A DNA stretch of 64,000 nt, taken from NCBI GenBank assembly GCA_048571215.1, contig CP182352.1:2048001-2112000 (forward strand). The letters are read 5' to 3'. Numbering within the stretch: position 1 is the first letter of the stretch; the number at the start of each line of letters is the position of its first letter. The position numbers and the translations under genes were made by a program. The notes beneath the pieces were generated by a model. That model saw only the letters and a list, made by a program, of their open reading frames with translations. It was not told the DNA's origin and made no database searches. This DNA comes from Halarcobacter sp. GTDB taxonomy: Bacteria > Campylobacterota > Campylobacteria > Campylobacterales > Arcobacteraceae. Positions 53,847 through 64,000 of this stretch are shown one piece after another.

Positions 53847-55286
53847 CTACAAAATATCAGGAATATCTATATTTGCCTCTTTATTTGTATCTGCTACAGT
53901 TTCAAAAACAACCTCAATAGGTGCTTCATTTGAGTTTTCTTTATCCACAAATCTAGTAAATTGTTTTTGGAAATCCAATCTTACAGTACCTATTGGTCCA
54001 TTTCTTTGTTTTCCTATGATTATTTCTGCTTCTTCTACAGGTTTGTTTATAAAAGTTGATTTATACTCTTCACCTTTATCTTTTGCTTCTTTTTCTTTTC
54101 TTGCTTCATCTCTTTCTTTATATACATCATCTCTATATACAAACATAATGATATCCGCATCTTGTTCTATAGCACCTGATTCTCTAAGGTCACTTAGCAT
54201 TGGTCTTTTATCTGGTCTATTTTCAAGTCCTCTGTTTAACTGTGATAGTGCAATAATTGGGATTTTCATCTCCCTTGCAAGCATTTTAAGTCCCCTAGAG
54301 ATATCAGAAACTTCTTGGTGTCTATCTTTGTTTCCTGTACCTTGCATAAGTTGTAAATAATCAATTACTACTAGTGAGATTTTATTATCTTCATTTTGAG
54401 CTAGTTTTCTAACCCTTGCCCTTAGTTGGTTGATATTTACACTTCCCCCATCATCAACAAAAAGTTTCTTTTGGTTTAAATCTTCAAAAGCTCTTGTAAG
54501 ATTTGACCATTGGTTATCATCCATATCACCTTTTCTAAGGTTTTGTAATGGTATAGAGGTTTTTGCAGCAAGCATTCTTAGCATAAGTTGCTCTGCTGGC
54601 ATCTCTAGTGAGAAAAATATAACACCCTTACCTGCTTCAACATTTTTTAATGCCATATTTAAAACTAAAGCTGTTTTACCCATGGCTGGTCTAGCTGCAA
54701 TGATTACTAAATCCCCAGCATTAAAACCTGTTGTTCTTTTATCTAGGTCATAAAATCCTGTGGTTTCCCCAATTAGGTGTTTATTACCTAGCTTTTTCAT
54801 TTTTTCAATGTATGCTAAGGTATCTCCTGTTACTACTTCCATATCTTTTAGTTCAGAAGTTGCACTATCTGTTGAGATTTTATAAAGTTCACCTTGAACT
54901 ACATCTAAGGCATCATTTGCACTTACCTCTTCTTCTAAAGAGACTTTTTTTATTGTTGTTGCAAGTGTTGCTAACTCTCTTTTTACTGAGCCATCTTTTA
55001 TCTCTCTTACATATGCTAAAGTATTAGTAATAGGATTAGCTGAAAGAATCTCAAGTAAGATTGAATCATCAACCTCTTTTTCATTTACTCTTTTTTTAAT
55101 AAACTCTTCATCAATAGGCATATCATCATTATGAAGTTTAACCATAACTTCAAAAATCTTTTGATGTGCTGGAAGATAAAAATCCTTAGGTTTTAAAACT
55201 CCTAAAACATCTTCTAACTCTTCTGGGTTGAAAAGAATAGAACTTAAAACTGCTCTTTCTATATTTATACTATATACGCTATCCAT
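53847..55286 (-). CDS. dnaB: Replicative DNA helicase
   Basis: AARPAMGKT, FFSLEM, IDYLQLM, LSQLNR, DLRESGAIEQDAD and KQRNGP. Confidence 0.98.
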   Translation of the reverse strand: MDSVYSINIERAVLSSILFNPEELEDVLGVLKPKDFYLPAHQKIFEVMVKLHNDDMPIDEEFIKKRVNEKEVDDSILLEILSANPITNTLAYVREIKDGSVKRELATLATTIKKVSLEEEVSANDALDVVQGELYKISTDSATSELKDMEVVTGDTLAYIEKMKKLGNKHLIGETTGFYDLDKRTTGFNAGDLVIIAARPAMGKTALVLNMALKNVEAGKGVIFFSLEMPAEQLMLRMLAAKTSIPLQNLRKGDMDDNQWSNLTRAFEDLNQKKLFVDDGGSVNINQLRARVRKLAQNEDNKISLVVIDYLQLMQGTGNKDRHQEVSDISRGLKMLAREMKIPIIALSQLNRGLENRPDKRPMLSDLRESGAIEQDADIIMFVYRDDVYKERDEARKEKEAKDKGEEYKSTFINKPVEEAEIIIGKQRNGPIGTVRLDFQKQFTRFVDKENSNEAPIEVVFETVADTNKEANIDIPDIL

Positions 55287-55293
55287 GATTTTG

Positions 55294-55328
55294 AATGAAA
55301 AATGAAAAGTGAAAAATGAAAAATGATA
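55294..55328. repeat. 7-bp tandem array (AATGAAA) in the dnaB leader
   Basis: AATGAAA AATGAAA AGTGAAA AATGAAA AATGATA, followed by the complementary TTCATTTTCAAATTCACT. Confidence 0.9.
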
Positions 55329-55380
55329 ACTTCATTTTCAAATTCACTAGACACAAAACACCTCTTCTCCTTTAAACTTT

Positions 55381-56442
55381 TTAACTATTTTTTTTAGCTT
55401 CTTGCTCAACCTCTTGTAAAAATCTATCAAGTAATTTATCTGTTGGAAGTTTTGCTATTGTCTCACCTTTTTTTATAATAAGACCTGTTCCTTTTCCATA
55501 TGCAATTGCTACATCTGCTGCTTTTGCTTCACCTAAGGCATTTACTACACATCCCATTACTGAAACATTTAATGGTGTTTTTATATGTTTTGTTTTTTCT
55601 TCTACAAGGGCTACTGCACTTACTAAGTCAGCTTCAATTCTTCCACAAGTTGGGCATGAGATTATATTTAATCCCTCTTTTGTTAATCCTGCATCTTTTA
55701 ATATGGCACGACCCACTTCTATCTCTTTTTCTAATTCACCTGTAATAGAGATTCTCATAGTATCCCCAATACCATCAAGAAGTAAACTTCCTAAGGCAAT
55801 AGAGGATTTGATAGTTGAATGAAAAAGTGTTCCAGCCTCTGTTACCCCTAGATGAAAAGGATAATTATTCATAGTTCTTAGCATCCTATAAGCTTCAACT
55901 GTTCTTTGTACATCACTAGCTTTTAGTGAGATTTTTATATCTTCAAAACCTAAATCCTCTAAGAACTTTATATTATAATCTGCACTTTCTACCATTCCAC
56001 GTGCCGTTTGACCATATTTGTCTTCAAACTGAGATTCTAATGAACCACAGTTTACCCCAATTCTTATTGGAAGATTTCTTTCTTTGCAAGCTTTTACAAC
56101 CTCTTTAACTCGCTCTTTATTTCCAATATTTCCAGGATTTATTCTAATACAATCTACAACTTCAGCAGCTATCAATGCTAATTTGTAATTAAAATGTATA
56201 TCAGCAACCAAAGGCAATGATGTTTGCTCTTTTATTTGCTTTAAGGCATTTGCAGCTTCCATATCTGGCACAGCAACTCTTACTATATCTGCACCTGCAA
56301 AGTGTAAAGCTCTTATTTGTTCAACTGTAGTTTTAATATCACTTGTTTTACTATATGTCATAGATTGAACAGATATTGGAGCATCACCACCAATGGCAAC
56401 ATCACCTACGAAAATTTTTTTTGTTGGGTATCTTTTTATCAT
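55381..56442 (-). CDS. ispG: 4-hydroxy-3-methylbut-2-en-1-yl diphosphate synthase
   Basis: [26 protein letters not shown] and 4Fe-4S ligands SCPTCGR...MGCVVN. Start at MIKR (56442). Confidence 0.97.
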   Translation of the reverse strand: MIKRYPTKKIFVGDVAIGGDAPISVQSMTYSKTSDIKTTVEQIRALHFAGADIVRVAVPDMEAANALKQIKEQTSLPLVADIHFNYKLALIAAEVVDCIRINPGNIGNKERVKEVVKACKERNLPIRIGVNCGSLESQFEDKYGQTARGMVESADYNIKFLEDLGFEDIKISLKASDVQRTVEAYRMLRTMNNYPFHLGVTEAGTLFHSTIKSSIALGSLLLDGIGDTMRISITGELEKEIEVGRAILKDAGLTKEGLNIISCPTCGRIEADLVSAVALVEEKTKHIKTPLNVSVMGCVVNALGEAKAADVAIAYGKGTGLIIKKGETIAKLPTDKLLDRFLQEVEQEAKKNS

Positions 56443-56568
56443 AAGAGGAATTTTATCCAAAAAAGATTAATTATTCGTAAATATTGGATTTAAAATTTAT
56501 CTTAATTTATATTATTAGTTTTTTAATAAAAAAATCTTATAATATAAATATAAAGAAGGGCTATAATA

Positions 56569-58800
56569 ATGAAAAATAAAAAATTTATTTATATGTTTTT
56601 ATTCTATATCTTAATATCTATTTCTATATACTTTTTATCTATAAATTATATACATAAAGAGGAACAAAAACTTCTTGATCAAAAATATATTTCAGTTACA
56701 AAACAGATAAATAAAAACCTTAATACCCTGATTCAAGATAAACAAAATGCAACTTTAGTTTTTGCCATATCTGTAGCAAGGGATACTAGTATAAGAAACT
56801 CCTTATTGCAAAACAATCCATCCCTTTTAGATTTAGATAACTTTTCTAATACTTTAAAAATAAATAGTGACTTTAAAAATATTTGGTTTCAAATCATCAC
56901 AAAAGAGGGAAAAAGTTTTTATAGAAGTTGGTCAAAAGAAAATGGCGATTCATTATTATTTAGAGATGATATAGAACAAATTCTAAAAAATAAGAAAATA
57001 TTATCAACTATTAGTGTGGGAAGATATGATATGACTTTTAAGTCAATGATACCAATATTTCACCAAAATAAATTTATAGGAATCTTTGAAATAATCTCAC
57101 ACTTTAATTCTATTTCTAAAATCTTAGAAGCAGATGGGATTGATAATATTTTTCTAGCTGATAAGAGATTTAAATCTTATATAAAACTACCATTTACAAA
57201 GAAGTTTATAGGTGATTATTATATTGCAAATCTAAATGCAAAAGATTATCTAATCGATTCTATCAAAAGTTATGGAATTGAAAAAATACTCAACTCATCA
57301 AACACTTTTTTAATCATAGATAAACAATTGGTAAGTACTCATAAAATATCAAATCAACATGGATTAGTTGGATTTTCTATTAGTTCTAAAAACTTGTCTA
57401 CAATTGATATATCAAATATAAACTCCTTTAAAAGAACAGCTATCATATATGTTTCATTATCTATAGTACTAATAGGTTTTATAATTGGAATAATCAATTA
57501 TTCTTTATATTCTAACAAAATCAATAGATTAAATAAAAAACTAAAAAGAAATATTAAATTATCCAAAATAGAAAAAGAAAAAACTCAAACTATACTTGAT
57601 TCCCAAGAAAATATTATTGTACTTACTGATGGAAAAAATCTTAATAATGCAAATAATGCTTTATTTAAATTCTTTTCCCAATACAAAAATCTAGAAGAGT
57701 TTAAAAAAGAGCATGAATGTATTTGTGAAACTTTTATCGATATGGAAAATGATGATTATGTTTTAGATATAGATTACAATGGTAAAAATTGGGCAGAATA
57801 TATACTAGAAAACTCCCATAAAAACTTTAAAGCGGCGATTAAAAAAGATGATATAATACATCACTTTACTCTAAATGTAAATCTAACACAATTTGAAGGT
57901 GAACTTAGTCCTTATATTATTGTAACTCTAACAGATATAACCCAAGAGATACAGCAACAAAAACTTCTTAAAAACCTTAATGAAAATCTAGAACATTTAG
58001 TTGATGAGAAAACAAAAGAACTAAAAGATTTAAATGAGTCCTTAGAAGAAAGGATAAATAAAGAGATTCAAAAAAGTAAAGAGAAAGACAATATTCTTTT
58101 CCAACAAAATAAAATGCTTGCAATTGGGGAGATGTTATCAAATATTGCCCACCAATGGAGACAACCTCTAAGTTGCATAACAACAGCAGCTAGCTCTTTG
58201 CAAATTCAAAATGACTTAAAAACATTAAACGATGAAGAGTTACATTCAACATGTGATTATATTATAGAGAGTTCTAAATATCTTTCAAAAACAATAGAAG
58301 ATTTTAAAAGTTTTTTTAGACATGAAAATAAACAGCAAGATTTTTTAATAAAAGATACTATAAACAACAATTTAAATCTTTTAAAAGAGAATTTAAGAAT
58401 CAATAATATTGAAGTAGTTTTAGATATTGATGAAAATCAATCTATTTTTGGTTTTAAAAATGAATTTCAACAAGCAATTCTAAATATATTTAACAACTCT
58501 GTAGATGCTTTTTTAGATAAAAAAATTCAAAATAGAAGATTGATTTTAATACAACTTAATAAACACAATCTAATTATCAAAGATAGTGCCCATGGAGTTG
58601 ATGAAACAATTATAGATAAAATATTTGAACCATACTTTACAACAAAACATCAAAGTCAAGGAACAGGACTTAGTTTGTATATGACCAGAGAGATATTAAC
58701 AAACCATTTAAACTGTTCAATAGATGTTTACAATGTCAATTTTACTTATGAAAAAAAAGAGTACAAAGGATTAGAGTTTTCAATCAATTTCAATCAATAA
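56569..58800 (+). CDS. Membrane sensor histidine kinase (Cache-like periplasmic domain, PAS-like domain, HisKA, HATPase)
   Basis: Two TM segments, IAHQWRQPL H-box, ILNIFNNSVDA N-box and IFEPYFTTK. Confidence 0.92.
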   Translation: MKNKKFIYMFLFYILISISIYFLSINYIHKEEQKLLDQKYISVTKQINKNLNTLIQDKQNATLVFAISVARDTSIRNSLLQNNPSLLDLDNFSNTLKINSDFKNIWFQIITKEGKSFYRSWSKENGDSLLFRDDIEQILKNKKILSTISVGRYDMTFKSMIPIFHQNKFIGIFEIISHFNSISKILEADGIDNIFLADKRFKSYIKLPFTKKFIGDYYIANLNAKDYLIDSIKSYGIEKILNSSNTFLIIDKQLVSTHKISNQHGLVGFSISSKNLSTIDISNINSFKRTAIIYVSLSIVLIGFIIGIINYSLYSNKINRLNKKLKRNIKLSKIEKEKTQTILDSQENIIVLTDGKNLNNANNALFKFFSQYKNLEEFKKEHECICETFIDMENDDYVLDIDYNGKNWAEYILENSHKNFKAAIKKDDIIHHFTLNVNLTQFEGELSPYIIVTLTDITQEIQQQKLLKNLNENLEHLVDEKTKELKDLNESLEERINKEIQKSKEKDNILFQQNKMLAIGEMLSNIAHQWRQPLSCITTAASSLQIQNDLKTLNDEELHSTCDYIIESSKYLSKTIEDFKSFFRHENKQQDFLIKDTINNNLNLLKENLRINNIEVVLDIDENQSIFGFKNEFQQAILNIFNNSVDAFLDKKIQNRRLILIQLNKHNLIIKDSAHGVDETIIDKIFEPYFTTKHQSQGTGLSLYMTREILTNHLNCSIDVYNVNFTYEKKEYKGLEFSINFNQ

Positions 58801-58866
58801 AAGATTATTAAACTTTTATTTTGAAAACCTTAGATATAATTGCGCCAGTTTATATAAAGGTTTTGT

Positions 58867-59637
58867 ATGCAGAATATAGCTATCTTTGATATTGTAATCG
58901 TGAGTATTACAATTCTTCTTGGTCTAAAAGGTTTATTAAGAGGTTTTATAAAAGAGGTTTTTGGTTTATTGTCTATTGTTGGTGGGATTTTTATTGCATC
59001 AAGAATTGCAAGTGATACTGGGAATCTAATCGCTCCTATATTAGCTTTAGAAAATAGTGCAACAATAAAACTAATCGGTTTTATAATTAGTCTTATTGCT
59101 GTTTGGGCAGTAATTTATCTACTTGGTGTGATAATTAGTAAAATCTTTTCTGTAAGTGGGTTAGGACTTTTTGATAGAATTTTTGGTTTCCTATTTGGTA
59201 GTGCAAAAATATTTCTTATCCTTTCAATTATCACCTACTCTTTGTATCAAATCCAATCTTTTAAGAATTTAATGGATGAAAAGTTTTCACAAACAATGGT
59301 ATTTCCCCTTTTAGTTGAAAGTGGTGGATTTATTATAAAACTTGATCCAAAAGATTTTATGAAAAATATTCCTGAAGATAAAAAAGAAGAAGTGGATATG
59401 GAAGATCCAAATATCAAAGATGAAAAAGAAAGTTTTGTTAATGATATAAAAAATACTGTAAATGAAGTAAAAGACACAACTGTAAAATCAGGCTCAGAAG
59501 TTATCGATGCAGTAAAAAATACTATAAATAAAAGCATAGATGCAACATCAGAAAAGATAAAACAGGACACTAATCAAATGATTGATAAAGCTACTTCAAC
59601 AGATGAAAATAGCCAAAACGAAGAAAAAGGAAATTAA
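58867..59637 (+). CDS. cvpA: CvpA (colicin V production) family protein
   Basis: [13 protein letters not shown]...[14 protein letters not shown], followed by a hydrophilic tail. Confidence 0.9.
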   Translation: MQNIAIFDIVIVSITILLGLKGLLRGFIKEVFGLLSIVGGIFIASRIASDTGNLIAPILALENSATIKLIGFIISLIAVWAVIYLLGVIISKIFSVSGLGLFDRIFGFLFGSAKIFLILSIITYSLYQIQSFKNLMDEKFSQTMVFPLLVESGGFIIKLDPKDFMKNIPEDKKEEVDMEDPNIKDEKESFVNDIKNTVNEVKDTTVKSGSEVIDAVKNTINKSIDATSEKIKQDTNQMIDKATSTDENSQNEEKGN

Positions 59638-59639
59638 TA

Positions 59640-61157
59640 TTGTTTGAAAATAAATATATACAACAAAGAATTGAAAAAGCAAATGTTTTAAGAGAAAGTG
59701 GAGTTAACCCATATTCAAATGAGAGTTCAAGAAATACAACAATATCAAAATATCTAAATGTAAATAGTGATTTATTCCAAAAGGAAGACAAAAGAGATGA
59801 AAAAAGACATTATATAGTTGCAGGTAGAATCAAATTTTTTAGACTTATGGGAAAAGCTTCTTTTTTAAAAATAGAAGATGAAAGTGGTATTTTACAAATC
59901 TATGTTACAAGAGATAATCTACCAGAAGGATTCTATAATACAATTTTCAAAAAAAATATTGAAGTTGGAGATATAATAGAAGTTGGAGGATATCCTTTTG
60001 TTACAAATAAAGGTGAATTATCACTTCATGTACATGAACTTAAAATTTTAACAAAATCTATCTCACCACTTCCAGAAAAATATCATGGGATTCAAGATAA
60101 AGAGTTAAGATATAGACAAAGATATTTAGATTTAATCATGAACTCACAAGTTAGAAAAACTTTTCATGTAAGAAGTAGAGTTATAAGCCTTACTAGAAGA
60201 TTTTTTGAAAATAAAGGCTTCTTAGAAGTTGAAACACCAATGATGCACCCAATAGCAGGTGGAGCAAATGCAAAACCATTTACTACACATCATAATGCAC
60301 TTGGGGTTGATAGATTTTTAAGAATTGCACCAGAGCTGTATCTAAAAAGACTTATTGTGGGTGGATTTGAAGCAGTATTTGAGATAAATAGAAACTTTAG
60401 AAATGAAGGTATGGATGCAACACACAATCCAGAGTTTACCTCTATTGAATTTTATTGGGCTTATAAAACATATAAAGACCTAATTAATATCACAAAAGAG
60501 TATTTTGAGTTTTTATTTGAACATCTAGATTTGCCAAAAATCTTACCTTATGGGGAATTGGAGATTGATTTTGATAAATTTTTAGAAGTTCCATTAATCG
60601 AGTCTTTATCAACTATTGGTGGTGTGCCAGCAGATATTGCAGAAGACAAAGATAAAATTATCGCATTTTTAAAAGAGAATAACCTTGAAGTAAATGAAAA
60701 TATGAATTTAGGACAACTTCAAGGGGAGCTTTTTGATGAGTTTGTTGAAGCTAAACTTATCAACCCAACATTTATCACTGAGTATCCTGTAGATATTTCA
60801 CCTTTAGCAAGAAGAAATGATGAGAAACCACATTTAACTGATAGATTTGAGCTATTTATTGCAGGAAAAGAGATAGCAAATGCCTTTAGTGAGTTAAATG
60901 ATCCATTAGATCAATTAGGAAGATTTCAAGGACAAATGGAAGCAAAAGATAGTGGTGATGATGAAGCACATGAGATGGATGAAGATTTTGTAAATGCTCT
61001 ATCTTATGGTATGGCACCATGTGCAGGTCAAGGTATTGGTATTGATAGATTAGTTATGATGTTAACAAATCAACACAGTATTAGAGATGTACTACTTTTC
61101 CCAGCTATGAAACCTATTTCAAAAGAGATAGATTTACATGCTGATGAAGAAAACTAA
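59640..61157 (+). CDS. lysS: Lysine--tRNA ligase (class II)
   Basis: [31 protein letters not shown] and GIGIDRL. Confidence 0.98.
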   Translation: MFENKYIQQRIEKANVLRESGVNPYSNESSRNTTISKYLNVNSDLFQKEDKRDEKRHYIVAGRIKFFRLMGKASFLKIEDESGILQIYVTRDNLPEGFYNTIFKKNIEVGDIIEVGGYPFVTNKGELSLHVHELKILTKSISPLPEKYHGIQDKELRYRQRYLDLIMNSQVRKTFHVRSRVISLTRRFFENKGFLEVETPMMHPIAGGANAKPFTTHHNALGVDRFLRIAPELYLKRLIVGGFEAVFEINRNFRNEGMDATHNPEFTSIEFYWAYKTYKDLINITKEYFEFLFEHLDLPKILPYGELEIDFDKFLEVPLIESLSTIGGVPADIAEDKDKIIAFLKENNLEVNENMNLGQLQGELFDEFVEAKLINPTFITEYPVDISPLARRNDEKPHLTDRFELFIAGKEIANAFSELNDPLDQLGRFQGQMEAKDSGDDEAHEMDEDFVNALSYGMAPCAGQGIGIDRLVMMLTNQHSIRDVLLFPAMKPISKEIDLHADEEN

Positions 61158-61180
61158 AATTTATAAAAGGATTTATTTAT

Positions 61181-62443
61181 ATGAGCTACATAAGTGAACA
61201 AACACTAGAAGAAGCAGATAAAGAGCTATTTGATATAATAGAAGATGAATTGCAAAGACAAACAGATCACCTAGAGATGATAGCAAGTGAGAACTTCACA
61301 AGCCCAGCAGTAATGCAAACAATGGGTTCTGTATTTACAAATAAATATGCAGAAGGATACCCAGCAAAAAGATATTATGGTGGATGTGAATTTGCAGATA
61401 AAGCAGAACAATTAGCAATAGATAGAGCGTGTAAAATATTTAACTGTAATTACGCAAATGTACAACCTCACGCAGGGTCTCAAGCAAATGGAGCAGTATA
61501 TGCAGCATTGTTAAAAGCTGGTGATAAAATTCTTGGTATGGATCTTTCCCATGGTGGACATTTAACCCATGGTTCTAAACCATCTTTCTCTGGTAAAAAT
61601 TACTCTGCTTTTTATTATGGTGTAGAATTAGATGGTAGAATAAATTATGATAGAGTAATGGATATAGCAAAAATCACTCAACCAAAAATTATAGTTTGTG
61701 GTGCTAGTGCATATGCAAGAGAAATAGATTTTAAAAAATTTAGAGAAATAGCTGATGCAGTTGGAGCTTACCTTTTTGCAGATATAGCACATATTGCAGG
61801 ATTAGTAGCAGCTGGTGAACATATGTCTCCTTTCCCTTATGCAGATGTAGTAACAACAACTACCCATAAAACACTAAGAGGTCCAAGAGGTGGTATGATA
61901 TTAACTAATGATGAAGAGATAGCAAAAAAAATAAACTCTGCAATCTTCCCAGGACTTCAAGGTGGACCATTAGTACATGTAATGGCAGCAAAAGCAGTAG
62001 CCTTTAAAGAGATACTAGATCCTTCTTGGAAAGATTACGCAAAACAAGTAAAAGCAAACGCAAAAGTGTTAGCAGAAGTTTTAATGAAAAGAGGATATGA
62101 TATAGTTTCAGATGGGACAGATAATCACCTAATCTTAGTATCTTTCTTAAATAAAGAGTTTTCAGGTAAAGATGCAGATGCAGCTTTAGGTAATGCAGGG
62201 ATTACTGTAAATAAAAATACAGTGCCAGGTGAGACAAGAAGCCCCTTTGTAACAAGTGGTATAAGAGTAGGATCACCTGCTTTAACAGCAAGAGGGATGA
62301 AAGAAAAAGAGTTTGAATTGATAGCAAATAAAATATGTGATGTATTAGATGATATCAATAATACAGATTTACAAGCTAAGATAAAAGAAGAGTTAAAGCA
62401 GTTAGCTAGAGGTTTTGTGATATACAACAAATCAACTTACTAA
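61181..62443 (+). CDS. glyA: Serine hydroxymethyltransferase
   Basis: [22 protein letters not shown] and [14 protein letters not shown]. Confidence 0.98.
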   Translation: MSYISEQTLEEADKELFDIIEDELQRQTDHLEMIASENFTSPAVMQTMGSVFTNKYAEGYPAKRYYGGCEFADKAEQLAIDRACKIFNCNYANVQPHAGSQANGAVYAALLKAGDKILGMDLSHGGHLTHGSKPSFSGKNYSAFYYGVELDGRINYDRVMDIAKITQPKIIVCGASAYAREIDFKKFREIADAVGAYLFADIAHIAGLVAAGEHMSPFPYADVVTTTTHKTLRGPRGGMILTNDEEIAKKINSAIFPGLQGGPLVHVMAAKAVAFKEILDPSWKDYAKQVKANAKVLAEVLMKRGYDIVSDGTDNHLILVSFLNKEFSGKDADAALGNAGITVNKNTVPGETRSPFVTSGIRVGSPALTARGMKEKEFELIANKICDVLDDINNTDLQAKIKEELKQLARGFVIYNKSTY

Positions 62444-62464
62444 ACTTTTAATTAAGGATATTTC

Positions 62465-63355
62465 ATGGAAATTAAAGGCGAAGATTTTATAAAAAAAGTT
62501 CAATTAAAACAAGAAAAAGATGAAATTGAACAAAGATTAAATGAGTTACATAATCAAGAAGCTCAATACGAAGAGATACAACAACAAGCTGCTCCTAGAA
62601 GTAGTAGAAATGTGGAAATCGAAGAGGAGATGGAGTATTCTGATTTAAGACTAGGGGAAGGTTCTCAAAGAAATGAAGCAAATAAGAAAAAATATCTTAT
62701 TTTAGGACTGGTCTTAGTTATACTTTTTTTATTGACAATTATAATTATTCGTCTTTTAACTAATGACTCAGTAGAAAACGATTCTTTCTCAAAAACTACT
62801 GAGCAAAATAAAGTCTTAGAAAATGAAAATATTGAAGAACAGTATCAGAAAATCATCAATGAAAAACTTAAAAATATAAAAGAAGAGAAAGAACAAAATA
62901 TACTTGCTGATAAACAAATAGATGATAAACTTGACTTAAAAAAGATAGAAGAGAAAGAGACTGTTGAAAAACCAAAAAAGGTTAAACCTGATTTCTATGA
63001 GGTTAAAAAAACCAAACCAGTTGAAACAAAAAAAGAACCAGTTGTTAAAAAACAAGTAGTAAAACAAGCAACTAAAAAAGTTATTCCTAAAAAATCTACA
63101 AATGGTACAATCACCTCGAAACCTAGTGGTACATTTGTACAAGTTGGGGCATTTACAAAAATGCCAAGTGATGAATACTTGAATTCTATAAGTAAAAAAG
63201 GGTTCAACTACAAAGTATATAAGGTTTCAATAAACAATAAAATGTTCCATAAAGTATTGATTGGCCCATACAAATCAAGAGGTCAAGCAAGTTTAAATAT
63301 CAATAGCATTAAGAAAAAACTTAATGTAAGTGGTGCATTTATTTTAACATTTTAA
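62465..63355 (+). CDS. SPOR-domain cell-division protein (FtsN/DedD-like)
   Basis: Single TM, Lys/Glu-rich linker and C-terminal FVQVGAF...KVLIGPY. Confidence 0.88.
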   Translation: MEIKGEDFIKKVQLKQEKDEIEQRLNELHNQEAQYEEIQQQAAPRSSRNVEIEEEMEYSDLRLGEGSQRNEANKKKYLILGLVLVILFLLTIIIIRLLTNDSVENDSFSKTTEQNKVLENENIEEQYQKIINEKLKNIKEEKEQNILADKQIDDKLDLKKIEEKETVEKPKKVKPDFYEVKKTKPVETKKEPVVKKQVVKQATKKVIPKKSTNGTITSKPSGTFVQVGAFTKMPSDEYLNSISKKGFNYKVYKVSINNKMFHKVLIGPYKSRGQASLNINSIKKKLNVSGAFILTF

Positions 63356-63370
63356 TAAGGTATATTATTG

Positions 63371-64000
63371 ATGCAATTTTATTCTAAAGAGCTATTTTTA
63401 GATCAGTTCACACCTGTTTCTATTTATGAAAAAATTAAAAATTTGTATAAAGATGAGTTAACTTTTCTTTTTGAAAGTACAGTTAACTCAAGTGAAGGAA
63501 ACTACTCATATATAATTATAGGTGTAAGAGAAAGAGTTTGGTATGAAAATGGTACTTGTTATTATAAAAATGAAGCCAATGAAGTAAAACAAGTAGAATC
63601 AAATCCTTTAAAGTTTTTACAAAAATATTATAAAACAATTGATAAGAAATATTATAAAGAAAAATCTAATGAATTAGGAATTGGTCTTATTGATGGTTTT
63701 ATTGGAAATGTGGGATATGATATAGGAAAAGAGTTTGAACCTGTACTTAAAAAATATATGGAAAACTTGAAAGATCAATTAAACATTCCTGATTTAGACT
63801 TAGTTAGACCAAAAATAATTTTAGGATTTTCACACAAAACATCTAAACTTGTAATGGTAACTTCTATTGAAGATAAAAAAGAGGATTTAGAGCTTATAAA
63901 AAAAGAGCTTTTTAAATCATATGAATATACTCCTCTAAAAAAAGCGACTATTTTAGATGAAGGAAAATTCAACTATACAAAAGAGGAATTTTTTGAGATG
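63371..64000 (+). CDS. trpE: Anthranilate synthase component I family protein, N-terminal part (runs off the window end)
   Basis: Manual translation: MQFYSKELFLDQFTPVSIYEK...FLFESTVNSSEGNYSYIIIG...GFIGNVGYD. Confidence 0.8.
   Translation, partial: MQFYSKELFLDQFTPVSIYEKIKNLYKDELTFLFESTVNSSEGNYSYIIIGVRERVWYENGTCYYKNEANEVKQVESNPLKFLQKYYKTIDKKYYKEKSNELGIGLIDGFIGNVGYDIGKEFEPVLKKYMENLKDQLNIPDLDLVRPKIILGFSHKTSKLVMVTSIEDKKEDLELIKKELFKSYEYTPLKKATILDEGKFNYTKEEFFEM

Noticed and set aside
58867..61157. Absence of fur between cvpA and lysS (present there in Campylobacter jejuni)
   Set aside because: The genes are 2 bp apart with no remnant. This is an ordinary lineage difference in synteny.
339..63972. 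Many short ORFs in the track that overlap real genes (e.g. 339-743, 8582-9064, 26909-27313, 53692-54360, 62125-62430)
   Set aside because: They are antisense or off-frame shadows of well-supported genes, with Ser/Leu/Phe-rich composition and no motifs.

Overview
Very AT-rich bacterial chromosome segment. Gene content, protein sequences and TGnTATAAT-type promoters point to Campylobacterota, most likely Arcobacteraceae (inference). Left arm (1-18.8 kb): housekeeping and chemotaxis genes (ddl, ruvA, heme-c-motif chemoreceptor, cheZ-like, truD, thiL, SOR-like, ppnP, recO, HDOD, ychF, pepA, dedA, trpB, apt) plus ADP-heptose genes. Centre (18.8-53.8 kb): a ~35 kb surface-polysaccharide locus. It contains a PAPS-generating module (cysC, cysQ, cysD, cysN, DUF2061-CysC fusion, SLC13 permease), two sulfotransferases, GT10 and GT11 fucosyltransferase-family genes, pathways for GDP-L-fucose (gmd, fcl) and probably dTDP-D-fucose (rmlA, rmlB, fcd), wzx/wzy/wzz, and group-4-capsule-like export genes. 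Right arm: dnaB, ispG, an orphan histidine kinase, cvpA-lysS-glyA-SPOR-trpE. The most unusual signal is a set of short degenerate 7-bp tandem arrays. They flank, in inverted orientation, the remnant of a four-helix-bundle (Avd/IVS-like) gene between cysD and cysN. They recur in frame inside cysQ, cysD, gmd, rmlB and manC, and in the dnaB leader. No rRNA, tRNA, CRISPR, transposase or integrase was recognised. All family assignments come from reading motifs by eye, without database searches.
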